Source: an uncultured delta proteobacterium | GTDB taxonomy: Bacteria > Desulfobacterota > Binatia > UBA9968 | Reading direction: 5' to 3' | DNA: 64,000 nt | Assembly (NCBI GenBank): GCA_963804165.1 | Contig: CAWDPO010000010.1 | Location: 160,001 to 224,000 of the forward strand | Part shown: positions 43,503 to 56,705 of the stretch, piece after piece | How the letters are laid out: each line of letters opens with the position of its first letter | Position numbering within the stretch: position 1 is the stretch's first letter | Notes under the pieces: generated by a model | The model's database searches: none | Seen by the model: the letters and a program-made list of their open reading frames with translations, nothing else | Told to the model about the DNA's origin: nothing | Translations under genes and position numbers: made by a program

Positions 43503-44420
43503 TCAGACGTAGGCCAACCAGTTTTTATACTTGGGATTCTTACCTTTGATAACATCGAAGAATGTGTTTTGAATATCTTCGGTCACCGGGCCGCGTCGGC
43601 CGGCGCCGATTTGGCGGTCATCCACTTCGCGGATCGGCGTCAGCTCGGCCGCCGTGCCGGTAAAAAACGCCTCATCAGCGACATAAAGCTCGTCCCTGGT
43701 AAAACGTTCCTCCACCAGTTCGTAACCCTTATCTTTGGCGAGCGTGATGATCGAATCGCGCGTGATGCCGGGAAGAATCGACGTGAGCGGCGTGGTTTTG
43801 ATCTTGCGATCACGGACGATGAATATGTTTTCGCCGCTGGCTTCCGACACGTAGCCCTCGGCATCGAGCATGATCGCCTCGTCATAGCCGGCTTTTTTCA
43901 CCTCATGCTTGGCTAAAACCGAGTTGATATAGTTCCCAGTCGTCTTGCTCTTGGTCATCATCACGTTAACGTGATGGCGCGTAAACGACGACACTTTGGC
44001 GCGGATACCGTTCATCAGACCTTCATCACCGAGATAAGCGCCCCAGGGCCAAACCGCGATGCAAACGTTTATCGGATTATTCGGCGCATAGAGACCTAAC
44101 TCACCGAGACCGACGAAAGCCAAGGGACGGATATAGCACTCCTTGAGTTTGTTGGCGCGAATGAGTTCGATGGTCGCCTGATTCAATTGCTCTTCCGTGT
44201 AGGGCAACGGGAAACCCAGGATTTTTCCGGAGTCGGCGAGCCGGCGCGTGTGTTCCTTTAAACGAAATACCGCCGACCGTCCATCCGCGAGATGATAACA
44301 CCGGATCCCTTCGAAATACGCCGTGCCGTAGTGCAGCGCATGAGCCAACACATGCACCTTGGCGTCTTCCCATCGGATCAATTCTCCGTCGAGCCAAATC
44401 AGTTCAGTTTTAATCGACAT
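43503..44420 (-). CDS. ilvE: Branched-chain amino acid aminotransferase
   Basis: HALHYG..FEGIR, KTTGNY, SEASGEN, LPGITR and TGTAAE. Confidence 0.96.
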   Translation of the reverse strand: MSIKTELIWLDGELIRWEDAKVHVLAHALHYGTAYFEGIRCYHLADGRSAVFRLKEHTRRLADSGKILGFPLPYTEEQLNQATIELIRANKLKECYIRPLAFVGLGELGLYAPNNPINVCIAVWPWGAYLGDEGLMNGIRAKVSSFTRHHVNVMMTKSKTTGNYINSVLAKHEVKKAGYDEAIMLDAEGYVSEASGENIFIVRDRKIKTTPLTSILPGITRDSIITLAKDKGYELVEERFTRDELYVADEAFFTGTAAELTPIREVDDRQIGAGRRGPVTEDIQNTFFDVIKGKNPKYKNWLAYV

Positions 44421-44480
44421 AATTCTTCTCTGCCGGTGTGAAACATTTTACGCACTCGGGGCGCGGCCATCAAGCCGGAT

Positions 44481-44513
44481 AAAAAAAGGCCACCCGGTTG
44501 TCCGCGGTGGCCT
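44481..44513 (-). terminator. Intrinsic terminator after hup
   Basis: AGGCCACC/GGTGGCCT stem followed by a T-run on the minus strand. Confidence 0.8.
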
Positions 44514-44531
44514 GCGCGAATGACCGGAAAT

Positions 44532-44801
44532 TCACAGTGCCTTTTTTAGTACCGGAGCCGGTTTGAATCCTACCGAGCGGCTCGCTTTGATGTTTATGAC
44601 TGCGCCGGTCTGCGGATTTCTGCCCTTGCGCGCCTTGCGCGAACGCACGGTGAATGTCCCAAAACCGGGGACTTGAAACCGCTTGGCCTTCTTGATCGCT
44701 TTGCCGATGTTGTCGAACGTCGCGTCCACAGCCACGCCGGCGGCAATTTTGCTGATATTTGCACTCTTCGCGACGGCGTCGACTAATTCTGCCTTGGTCA
44801 T
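44532..44801 (-). CDS. hup: HU family DNA-binding protein
   Basis: MTKAELV, GFGTF and RKGRNPQTG. Confidence 0.95.
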   Translation of the reverse strand: MTKAELVDAVAKSANISKIAAGVAVDATFDNIGKAIKKAKRFQVPGFGTFTVRSRKARKGRNPQTGAVINIKASRSVGFKPAPVLKKAL

Positions 44802-44903
44802 TGGCGGTCACCTCCCACTGGCACTAAGTACCCTTCGATCTAACTTGCCTCGTTGCACAAAACGAAAGGCAGATCATTTCCAATTCGCGCGGAAATGTCA
44901 ACC

Positions 44904-45842
44904 CTAATAGCGCGCTTTTGCCGCCTTATGGAGTAGCCCGTAACGCACGCCCTGATCGCTGACGATGACCCCATCAGCATGATAGAAAATCATAATCCGT
45001 TCGATCAGGCACGCCCCCGCAAAAATCACGTCGGCTCGTTTCGCTTCGAGGCCGACGATACGTTTTCGCTCCTCGATGGTTTTCCCCTCAAGCCTGTGAA
45101 CTTGGCGGCGCACCTGTTGAAGGGTAAGCGAACTCCCGTGAACTTCGGCGTGGGAATAGCGGGCCAATTGTTTTTCCATAGCCGCCAAAGTCGTGAAGGT
45201 GCCGGCGATACCGACGAGCGAAAGTGGTCCGTCCGCGTCGATTCCCCGCGACGGCAATAGGTCCAATTCCTGGTCGATCGCAGCGATCATCCGTTGCGCC
45301 TCATCGGCATTTACCGGATCGGCGTGAAGGTAGCGCTCGGTCAACCGCACTGAACCGATATCGACGCTCACCGCGCGAGCAAATCCCGACTCATTACCGC
45401 GGATAAATTCGCTGCTACCGCCGCCGATATCAATGACCAGCAATTCACGGCCCGCGAGCGCGAGCCCGCGCTCGACCGCGAGGAACGAATAAGCTGCTTC
45501 TTCGGTGCCGGAAATGACCCGTACGTCGATGCCGAGGCGGTCATGAAAACGAGCGCGCACCTGCTCGCTGTTTTTCGCATCGCGCAAAGCGCTCGTGCCG
45601 ACGGCGATAATTTCTTCGACGCCGAGATTTTTGCACTGATCGAGGTAACGCTCGATGACCGCAAGGCTTCGCTGTTCGCCTTCCGCCGAGATCAATCCGG
45701 TCTGATCGACTCCTTTGCCCAAACCGGCAATCTCCGCGAGATCGTTCAAGACTCTGAATCGCCCAGTATCTCTGATCTCGGCAATCAGGCAGAGAATCGT
45801 GTTAGTGCCGACGTCGATAAACGCGCTGCGTCTTGGGCTCAT
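44904..45842 (-). CDS. ppx: Ppx/GppA family exopolyphosphatase (short form)
   Basis: IDVGTNT, GTSALRDA, DIGGGSSE and RADVI. Confidence 0.88.
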   Translation of the reverse strand: MSPRRSAFIDVGTNTILCLIAEIRDTGRFRVLNDLAEIAGLGKGVDQTGLISAEGEQRSLAVIERYLDQCKNLGVEEIIAVGTSALRDAKNSEQVRARFHDRLGIDVRVISGTEEAAYSFLAVERGLALAGRELLVIDIGGGSSEFIRGNESGFARAVSVDIGSVRLTERYLHADPVNADEAQRMIAAIDQELDLLPSRGIDADGPLSLVGIAGTFTTLAAMEKQLARYSHAEVHGSSLTLQQVRRQVHRLEGKTIEERKRIVGLEAKRADVIFAGACLIERIMIFYHADGVIVSDQGVRYGLLHKAAKARY

Positions 45843-47206
45843 GACTGCGCAAGTGTTTCCACAGCCGCGAGTTCATCATGCTGCATCGGAGATGCCGCCA
45901 CCTCGCACTCTTGCAGCCAATAGTTCATATCGGCGAGCGCCCGGCGTGACATCATTTCCTTTTTCGCTTTGCCGCGCAGACGCGCGTTAAGCGGCGGAAT
46001 CAAGCCGAAATTCACATTCATCGGCTGAAAGCGCTTGCGCTCGGGATCGGTAATATAGCGCAAGAGCGCGCCGAGCGCCGTAGTGACCGGCGGCGTGACC
46101 GTCGGCTCGCCCGCGAGCAACTTGGCAGCGTTGATTCCCGCCAGCAATCCGGTCGCGGCGGATTCGATGTAGCCTTCAACCCCGGTCATCTGGCCGGCGA
46201 AAAATAACGTCTCACGCCGGTGCCATTGCAACGTCGGCGTGAGATGTAAAGGGGCGTTGATGAAAGTATTGCGGTGCAAGCTCCCCAAGCGCACGAACTC
46301 GGCCCCAGCCAAGCCCGGAATCAACGCGAACACGCGGCGCTGCGCGCCATAGGTCATTTTGGTTTGAAACCCGACCAGATTGTAGAGCGTTTTGTCGCGG
46401 TTTTCCTGGCGCAACTGAACCACCGCGTAGGGCCGTTTGCCGGTGCGCGGATCGCGCAAGCCGACGGCACGCATGGGCCCGAATGCCAGCGTGTCCTTGC
46501 CGCGGTCGGCCATTTCTTCGATGGGCATGCAGCCCTCGAAGGGCACGAAGCGCTCGAAGCTATGCGTGGGCACTCGTTCGGCAGCGACTAGCGCATCGAC
46601 GAAAGCGTAGTATTCTTCGCGCGACAACGGCAGGTTCAGGTAATCATCGCCGCCCTTGTCGTAACGGGAAGCGCGAAACGCCACGCCCACATCGATAGAT
46701 TCCGCGGTGACAATCGGCGAAATCGCATCGTAAAAATAGAGATGCTCCTCGCCTAATTGTGCCACGAGTTCCGCGGAGAAAGCCGGTGAAGTCAGTGGAC
46801 CCGTGGCAATGATGACAACACCGTCTTCTGGAATAGCGCGAACTTCCTCGCGACGAACCCGCACTCCCGCCAATTGTTCGACGGTTTCGGTCAAGGCGCG
46901 GCTAAAATTTTGGCGATCTACAGCGAGCGCCGAGCCGGCGGGCACTCGGTGCGCGTCGGCGCAGCGAATGATAAGGGAATCGACGCGGCGCATTTCCGCC
47001 TTGAGCAATCCGGCGGGCGCCGACAGGAGATCGGAACGGAGCGAATTGCTGCAGACGAGTTCGCCGAGATCGCGGCCGGCATGGGCTTCGGTCATGCGCA
47101 GCGGGCGCATCTCGAAGAGTTCCGCGGCGACCCCGCGCCGGGCGAGTTGCCAAGCCGCTTCCGTCCCGGCCAACCCGCCGCCGATAATGCGAACGACATT
47201 TTTCAT
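45839..47206 (-). CDS. trmFO: Folate/FAD-dependent tRNA (uracil-5)-methyltransferase
   Basis: GGGLAGTEAA, ELVCSNS, FYDAISP, HRNTF and FQPMNVNFG. Confidence 0.96.
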   Translation of the reverse strand: MKNVVRIIGGGLAGTEAAWQLARRGVAAELFEMRPLRMTEAHAGRDLGELVCSNSLRSDLLSAPAGLLKAEMRRVDSLIIRCADAHRVPAGSALAVDRQNFSRALTETVEQLAGVRVRREEVRAIPEDGVVIIATGPLTSPAFSAELVAQLGEEHLYFYDAISPIVTAESIDVGVAFRASRYDKGGDDYLNLPLSREEYYAFVDALVAAERVPTHSFERFVPFEGCMPIEEMADRGKDTLAFGPMRAVGLRDPRTGKRPYAVVQLRQENRDKTLYNLVGFQTKMTYGAQRRVFALIPGLAGAEFVRLGSLHRNTFINAPLHLTPTLQWHRRETLFFAGQMTGVEGYIESAATGLLAGINAAKLLAGEPTVTPPVTTALGALLRYITDPERKRFQPMNVNFGLIPPLNARLRGKAKKEMMSRRALADMNYWLQECEVAASPMQHDELAAVETLAQS

Positions 47207-47289
47207 GAAGATTTCGGCGCTGAAAATAGAGTTCGCTTGGCTGAACTCGCCGCGACTGGAAATTACCGCACGAATTAAAAAATCGCCAG

Positions 47290-49653
<2,364 letters not shown>

Positions 49654-49697
49654 GAATTAAACTCGATTCTGAATGCTCCAAATCGTGAAGTCTAGAT

Positions 49698-50810
49698 TTA
49701 TCTTTCCGCCCGATAAATTTTTCCTGGCGACTGTCGAACCAACCCTTGCAATTCCAAATCTAAGAGAGTTTCCAATACCTGCGCGGCCGACATACCGGTT
49801 CTTTCAATCACTTGATCTACTTGTAGGTTATTCTCTTGCAGTAACGCAAAAATCTTCCGCGCGGCATCGCTGGCATTTTGCGGCAACACGCGCGGCGCGC
49901 GTGGTATCGCGCCGCCGGAGCGATGCAATAGTTGCGGCGCGATCTCTTCGATAATATCGTCGACGCTCTCGACAAGCTTCGCGCCCTGGCGGATCAAGCG
50001 GTGTGCGCCCCGGCTTCGGCTCGAACCCACTTCGCCGGGCACGGCAAACACTTCCCGGCCTTGCTCCACTGCCATAGTTGCGGTAATCAGCGATCCGCTC
50101 TTCTCCGTCGCTTCGACAACGACGACACCCAACGACAAACCGCTGATCAGACGGTTGCGCGCGGGAAAATTGAACGCCAACGGCCGCGTGCCGATGGGCA
50201 ACTCGGAAATCACCGCCCCGTTTTCACCGATGCGCCGATAAAGATTGTCATGTTCAGGTGGATAGGCACGTTCAACGCCGGAACCCAAAACCGCGATCGT
50301 GCGCCCGCCGGCCTGGAGCGCGCTATCATGCGCCGTGCCATCGATGCCGCGCGCCATGCCGCTTACGACCGTAAATCCCAAAGATGCCAAGCCGCGTGCA
50401 AGATCGCGCGCGACGCGGCGCCCGTAATCGCTTGCGCTGCGCGATCCGACGATTGCGACCGCTTTGTCATCGTCGGCAAGAAAATATCCCTTAACATAGA
50501 GAAACGGCGGCGGGTCGGCGATCATCCGCAGCCGCGCCGGATAATTCGGGTTCGTAAAAGGGACAATCGCAATTCCAGCTTCGCGCGCGAGCTCGATTTC
50601 ATCGTCGATCTCCGCCCAATCGGAAAAATGCAACAAGCCCGTCGATCGCGTCGCGATGCAAACCTTCGACTTGTTCCAGTTCGGCCGGCGAAGCAAAAAA
50701 TGCCGCCGTCGGATCAGCGAATCGTGCCGTGAGTTTTTTAAAGCTCACGCGGTCCGAGATCCTTTGACCCGGCCGAGCGCAAGCCACGGCGCATCACATC
50801 GTCACGCACG
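49698..50810 (-). CDS. dprA: DNA-processing protein DprA, frameshifted at the N-terminus; start approximate
   Basis: AIVGSR, VSGMARGID, FPARNRLISG, EATEKSGSLIT and a C-terminal wHTH. The N-terminal SAM-like part (VSFKKL..ELEQVEG) is in other frames. Confidence 0.9.
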
Positions 50811-51010
50811 ATGCGGACAACGGAAGTCCTTTCGCGAAAGATAAGGATGCCTGAACCATATTCGTTCAAGCTTTGTCAAACTGGAGCGCGTAGCATTCGT
50901 TCTAGGCGTGGCCAGGGGAACGAAATAGAAATGATAAGGCAATTTCCCATTGAAGGCTAGAAGGGGATGTCTGACTAAGTTTAAATCGGGAGCTCTCAAC
51001 TGATGCGAAG

Positions 51011-51466
51011 TTACTGATTTTGCAAAAGATTGTCCAGGCTTAATAATTTTTTTTACATGGGGTCGAACACGAAGCCGCTCACCGTAGCCACACTGGTCCG
51101 GGACAACCCGATGGCAAGGAATGATGATCGGGATAGGGATGCGCGCTAGGGCGTTGGCGACCGCCGGATTGCTTTGCGGCTTGCCCAATTTGCGCCACCC
51201 ATGGGTAGCTTCTAACCTGGCCGTAGGAATCTGCGCCGCGAGTCTCAACACCGCTCGGGTGAACGGCGATACTGCGCTGAGATCGCGCGGCGCGGCAAAG
51301 ACGGTGAGTCGACGGCCAAGGAATCGCGCAACTCTGCGGGCGAGCGCGCGCCAACGCGCCGTGCGCGGATTGACGGGCGCCACAAAATTTTCTTGACCGG
51401 TTTACACGATTTAATGCCGTGATGCCGCGTTGATTGGCGAAGATTTGCAATGCCGGAATTCATCAT
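51011..51466 (-). CDS. ogt: Methylated-DNA-protein-cysteine methyltransferase, several frameshifts
   Basis: Active site IPCHRVV, SPFTRAVL and YGQVRSY spread over different frames. Confidence 0.75.
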
Positions 51467-52864
51467 CGTTTGACCCGTTTTTCTTCGCGCCGCGCCCGAA
51501 GAATCAGATCGAATCGGCGCGTGTTCAAGCCGAGATGCTCCGCAATTGGTGGGTCAGATACTTCTGATAACTTTCCGAACCGCCCTGGGCAGATTAACAA
51601 ACAGCGTAAAAGTCGGCGGCCGCGTACCGGTCTGAGTTCCGTAATAGAATTTCACGGATCGGCCCTGTGACAACGGCGCGGAGTGTGCCCGGACGATTTT
51701 CTGAAGCGCTTGGTTAACCGACGAAGTCGAAACTTTACGCCGATAATTTTGACCACGCGAACCCAGTCTCCAATAATTTGCGCACGCCGTAACCCGTCGC
51801 CGCCGAAATAAACACGACCGGCACAAAATCCAGGAACGAAAGCCGGTACTTGACTTCGTCCCGATATTTTCCACTTCGCCGTCGTTTTTGGATACGACAT
51901 CCCATTTGTTCACCGCAAGAGCAGCGCTTTGCCGCGTTGAACTCCATAGCTGAGTATCTGAGCGTCTTGATCGGTGACTCCTTCCGGTCCGTCGATAATG
52001 TGCATGAACAAGTCGCCGCGCTCCACCACGCGCAGCGCGCGACTGACGCTGAAGCGTTCAATGCGGTCTTCGATGCGCGCTTTACGGCGAATGCCGGCGG
52101 TGTCGACCAAAATACATGCCTCACCCAGCAATTCGAATGGCGTGTCCAATGAATCTCGCGTTGTGCCCGGTCGTCGAATCGACCACGGATCGCTCGAAAC
52201 CGAGAAACGATTGATCAGCGTCGACTTGCCGACATTGGGGCGGCCGACCACGGCGACACGCAGGGGTTCGATGGTTTTTTGTCCGTCTTGCGTCCTCGTT
52301 TTCGCTGTCCGCCGCATTCTCGGCCACCCGCCGGACGACATCGTCCAACAGATCAGGGATGCCGAGCCCGTGTTCGGCGGAAATTGAGTAAAGACGATCG
52401 ATGCCGAGAGCGAAGAATTCATACAAATTGTCGGCACGTTGGCGGGAGTCGAGCTTGTTTACTGCGAAAAACACTGGCTTGTTCGCCTTGCGCAAGCGTC
52501 ACCCACGGTCGCGGTCCAGGGGATTGAGACCTCTTTTGCCGTCGAAAAGAAAAATTACGACATCGGCCTCGGCTACCGCCAAGCGGCTTTGCGCTTGCAC
52601 ATTTTCATCCAGATTGCTGCCGCTGCCAGATTCGAGTACCGCCGGTGTCGACGAGTCGATATCTGCATCCAGCCCATTCGGCCTCGGCGTAATTTCGATC
52701 ACGCGTCACGCCGGGCATATCGTCGACGATCGCCCTTCGTCACCGACGAGACGATTGAACAGCGTCGACTTGCCAACATTCGGCCGCCCGACGACGGCCA
52801 CGATTGGCAGGCGCCTCGGCGGAGGTTGCGCTGCGACGATCGGCGGTAACACTGCTTTCGGCAT
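51463..52864 (-). CDS. der: Ribosome biogenesis GTPase Der (EngA), many frameshifts
   Basis: Two G domains (GRPNVGKS twice, AVNKLD, ISAEHG, GTTRD, DTAGIRR) and a C-terminal [12 protein letters not shown]; downstream of era. Confidence 0.9.
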
Positions 52865-53789
52865 TTACAATCCCATTTCCGCCAACAGATTCGGATTCTG
52901 CGTCCAGCCGGCGTCGACCCGGACAAAAAGTTCGAGAAAAAGGCGGCAACCCAGTAAACCTTCCAATTCTTCGGCGCGCCTGCGGCCGATTTCTTTGAGC
53001 ATGGCGCCGCGCTTGCCGATCAAAATGCCCTTGTGCGAATCGCGTTCGGTGTGAATCGTTGCCGATATCACAATCAGATTCTTTTCCGGCTTTCTCGGTG
53101 AATTCATCGATCGTGACCGCAACCCCGTAGGGAATTTCTTCCCGGGTTAATAGAAAGACTTTCTCGCGCACGATTTCCGAAGCCAGGAAACGCTCCGACT
53201 GGTCGGTGTACTCGCCATCGGTAAAATAGCGCGGCCCTTCCGCCAGCCAATTTTCGACGATGTTCAAAACAGTGTCCAAACCCTCACCCTTGAGCGCGCT
53301 CACCGGCACGATTTCTTTACCGGGTAGAAACTCGGAGCAGCGCTCCATCAGCGGCAGCAATTTGCCTTTGGAAACCATATCGATTTTGTTGATCAGGATC
53401 AACACCGGCGTTTCGACGCCGCGCAGGGTCTCAGCGATCATTTCTTCTTCCTGCTTGATTTTTTCGTGGGCATCGAGCAGCCAGAGCACCCCGTCCACTT
53501 CGTCCAACGTCTGCAGAGCGGTATCGACCATGCGCCGGTTCATTAAAGAGTGGCCCTGGTGAATGCCCGGCGTGTCGAGAAAAATAATCTGGCACGACTC
53601 CGTGGTGCGAATGCCGGTAATTCGATTACGCGTCGTCTGCGGTTTGGGCGAAACGATGGCGACTTTTTCGCCGAGTATTTGGTTCAGCAACGTCGACTTG
53701 CCGACATTGGCCCGCCCGATGATGGCAACGTAGCCTGAGCGAAACGCCGCCGTCGCTTTTTCCTTGTCCTTGTTATTAGCGTCTGCCAT
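52865..53789 (-). CDS. era: GTPase Era, one frameshift near 53090
   Basis: GRANVGKS, KPQTTR, DTPG, NKID and EIPY; the KH domain (ILIGKRG) is in the second frame. Confidence 0.94.
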
Positions 53790-53814
53790 AACTCTTGATA
53801 GAAGCGAGGCGAGT

Positions 53815-53842
53815 ATTATGACACTCTCGATCTGCCGTTCAA
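53815..53842 (-). promoter_or_regulatory. Sigma70-like promoter for the era operon
   Basis: TTGAAC-16 bp-CATAAT with an extended TG. Confidence 0.4.
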
Positions 53843-53869
53843 GGTTACCTGGCGGTGAGTAACTCAATC

Positions 53870-54449
53870 ATGCCGATCAGATTGACGCCGCTCATGAAAC
53901 AGCGCCTCACCCGGCGCGCCTATGAAATGATCGAGCGCTCGCTGCGATATTTTCCGGAATTGAAGGACAACGACCATCACCGTCGGGTACACGCGCAAAC
54001 ATCTGGGCAGCGCCACTGTCGTTTATCGCAATGGTAGCATCTTGCGGCTGATCATTCGGCTCAAAGTGCGCAAATTGACGTACCAGACCATCGGCCACGA
54101 GTTGACCCACCTGATTCAGGGTTTGGCCCACGGCGATCGTTTTGGCAGGCGCTCGCTGGCTCCGGCGAAGATCCCGTCAGGCGAGAAACAATGCGATATT
54201 TGGACTCTCGCGCGTAATCCGCTTTTTTGCGACGATGCGCCGACGTATATCAAGATGCCGCGCATCATGCGCGCGCGCTGGCCGGAGTATGCCGAGTCGG
54301 TCCGCGAGTTATGTATCGCCGCCATCGACAAACGTCACACTCACCGTCAATATATTCGATGGTTGGAAGAGGAAATACGTAAGCTGGCGCATACACCGCG
54401 GGCGCAAGGTGTCGCGCAGGCACAGTTGATTTTGCCTTTTGCGATCTAA
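53870..54449 (+). CDS. Hypothetical protein with an HExxH motif (possible minimal zincin), one frameshift near 53970
   Basis: ORFs 53855-54037 and 54042-54449 can be joined by one frameshift; contains IGHELTHL and a downstream GEKQCD. Confidence 0.55.
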
Positions 54450-54476
54450 CCGGGCAGCGCGGGTACTTCCTGACTT

Positions 54477-54501
54477 CGTGAAATTCGTGTGCTTCGTGGT
54501 T
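54477..54501. repeat. Short tandem TTCGTG repeats (REP-like half element)
   Basis: TTCGTGAAATTCGTGTGCTTCGTGG between convergent genes. Confidence 0.4.
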
Positions 54502-54573
54502 CGGTCTCAGAACAATCCAATCGAATTCCGCCAGCGCAGGGGACGGCCGCAACAGGTCTCTGGGTTGGCGCCT

Positions 54574-55512
54574 CTAGCCTTTTAAAATCCCATCGAGATC
54601 CTTGACATCGTCGGCCATGAGATTCCAATCGGCCGCTTTGACGTTGCTCGCCAATTGTTCGGGATTTTTCGCTCCCGTGATCACCGAGCAAACTTGCGGC
54701 TGTGCCAGAAGCCAAGCCTGCGCCAACTCATTCACCCCCCGGCCATGATCCTTCGCCCAGGTAGTTAATCGGTTGACCGTGTGATAATTGCGTTCGGTCA
54801 TCAGCTCTTGCACATTTCTGACCGACTCACCGCGCGACCCCGGCGGCGCTGGTTTGCCCATCTCGTATTTGCCAGTGAGAAATCCTCCAGCCAACGGATA
54901 GTAGGGCACGAACCCAACACTGTGCGCTCGGCAATATGGCAGGACTTCGCGCTCGACGCCGCGGCTTAGCATGTTGTACTCGGACTGCAGCACGACAAAT
55001 CGTGTCCAGCCTTTGAATTCCGCTAGCACATTGGCGTGGGCTAATTGCCACGAGGCGTATGCCGAGGCACCGATGTAACAAATTTTCCCCATACGAATGA
55101 GGTCGTCCAGGCCACGCAACGTCTCTTCGATCGGCGTGGTATCGTCCCAACGATGACAGTAATAGAGATCGATATGGTCGGTCTGGAGACGGCGCAAACT
55201 TCTCTCGATGGCCTGCATCATTTGATAACGCGATGCACCCCAGCTATTGGCGCTGGTTTTCCTGGGAAAATTGAACTTGGTCGCCATGACGACCTTCTCC
55301 ATACGTCCTTTAATCGCACTACCCAGGGTTTCTTCGGAGCGTCCGTCGTTGTAGCCATTGGCGGTGTCGATAAAGTTGACGCCGGCATCGAGCGCAGCGT
55401 TGATGATTTTGTCGACTACCGCCTGTGGCACATCCGCCGATCCGAAACGATTGGCGCCCAAGCCCACGACCGATACGCGCACGCCGGCATTTCCTAGTTG
55501 TCGATATTCCAT
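54574..55512 (-). CDS. Aldo/keto reductase
   Basis: FIDTANGY, ATK, SLRRLQTDHIDLYYCH and PLAGGFLTGKY. Confidence 0.93.
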   Translation of the reverse strand: MEYRQLGNAGVRVSVVGLGANRFGSADVPQAVVDKIINAALDAGVNFIDTANGYNDGRSEETLGSAIKGRMEKVVMATKFNFPRKTSANSWGASRYQMMQAIERSLRRLQTDHIDLYYCHRWDDTTPIEETLRGLDDLIRMGKICYIGASAYASWQLAHANVLAEFKGWTRFVVLQSEYNMLSRGVEREVLPYCRAHSVGFVPYYPLAGGFLTGKYEMGKPAPPGSRGESVRNVQELMTERNYHTVNRLTTWAKDHGRGVNELAQAWLLAQPQVCSVITGAKNPEQLASNVKAADWNLMADDVKDLDGILKG

Positions 55513-55611
55513 GAAAACTCCTTGAGCTCGATAGTCTCTATCAACCTGTCGTTCGTACTCGCTGGCGCTAAAGAGGAGCGATCAGGAGAAAAGCATCGCT
55601 TGACCTGTGAA

Positions 55612-55977
55612 CTAGCGTTTGCGGAGGGAAGCCGAAACCAATTTGACGACGCGTTGTGGTTTCTTGCCGGAACAGTCGCGCCCGCAATTCCAACACTCGG
55701 AGAACTGACCCTCAATCGTTTCGCCGCAACCGGTACAAAGCCAGGGCTTTTTTACCGACTGCAATGGCGCCAACGTCCTTCTGAGAACCCACTTTGCCCT
55801 CGCCACTTTCTCATCGTCAATCACCCAGAGCTCCGGCCAGCATTCGATGGGCGGCAGCTCCCCTGCGGCACTTATAAGATCGAGGTTCCTCGCGACGCAC
55901 CTGATGCCAAATGTCGCCAAGACATTCTTCAGATGGCCGATCATCAGAGGATCTTTGGCGCTATGAATGCGCTTCAT
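55612..55977 (-). CDS. DUF2007 (putative signal-transducing) domain plus RanBP2-like zinc finger
   Basis: HLKNVL..GI, GELPP..WPELWV and WLCTGCGE...FSECWNCG. Confidence 0.75.
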   Translation of the reverse strand: MKRIHSAKDPLMIGHLKNVLATFGIRCVARNLDLISAAGELPPIECWPELWVIDDEKVARAKWVLRRTLAPLQSVKKPWLCTGCGETIEGQFSECWNCGRDCSGKKPQRVVKLVSASLRKR

Positions 55978-55995
55978 GCGGCGATGACGACGAGC

Positions 55996-56340
55996 CTATT
56001 CACTACGCCGCAGCACTCCCTCATTCAATTTTAACTTTTCGCCGAGCCAAAGAGAGCGTATTAAATGATCTCCGTGACCGTCGCCGGTGGAGGGATGCAC
56101 GAGCACGGATAAGCCTTCGCGGTGAAGCATCAGCCACGGCACGACTTTGCCGAACTCCTCCGGTGCAAACACCGCCTGATACATCGCGTCGAGATGCGGT
56201 CCGACCGGCTCATCATGCCATCGGCCAAGCTGGACGTTGAAAGCCGTCAATCCTACGCGCACTCGCGCCGCAGCGTCCCGGGTCGTTGCCGGATTATAAT
56301 AGATATGGGCATGGTAGCCCTTAATCACGCGCTCGCTCAT
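55996..56340 (-). CDS. DOPA 4,5-dioxygenase family protein
   Basis: YHAHIYY, PVGPH, WLMLHR.GLSVLVHP and H....LWLG. Confidence 0.88.
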   Translation of the reverse strand: MSERVIKGYHAHIYYNPATTRDAAARVRVGLTAFNVQLGRWHDEPVGPHLDAMYQAVFAPEEFGKVVPWLMLHREGLSVLVHPSTGDGHGDHLIRSLWLGEKLKLNEGVLRRSE

Positions 56341-56510
56341 AGTACACCTCTCTTGGAGGACTACCTCTTATTATCAAATCTGACTTGGGGAAGCCAAGTC
56401 AAGATAACGTTTGCGGGAAAAAAGAAAAACGAGTCACGACCGAAGCGTGGATTAAAGGCCCTTGCATCAAGAAAACTCGTGCAAGTAAACGCCAAGGAAA
56501 GATTTAACGA

Positions 56511-56705
56511 TTAAGAATTGGCGGGCTCAGCCGAGATTTCATCGGGAAAGAGATATTCGTAACCGGCCTGTCCGAAGTTGACCAAGATTAGTTGGCGCCC
56601 CATATTTTCAACCATCCTGACGAAAGTGCCTTCGCGTGGTAGCAGTACTCCCGTCTTTTGCGATCTGATGGGTTTACTGGTTTTCAATAGGTCTCCAGGG
56701 CTCAT
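56511..56705 (-). CDS. Small hypothetical protein (64 aa)
   Basis: Strong GGGGAGGAG RBS upstream of the ATG at 56705; beta-rich sequence. Confidence 0.55.
   Translation of the reverse strand: MSPGDLLKTSKPIRSQKTGVLLPREGTFVRMVENMGRQLILVNFGQAGYEYLFPDEISAEPANS

Noticed and set aside
50802-51010. C-terminal extension of the Ogt ORF in the track (50802-51383)
   Set aside because: It is read-through caused by frameshifts; a plausible native end (KKLLSLDNLLQNQ*) stops at 51011 and the rest looks intergenic.
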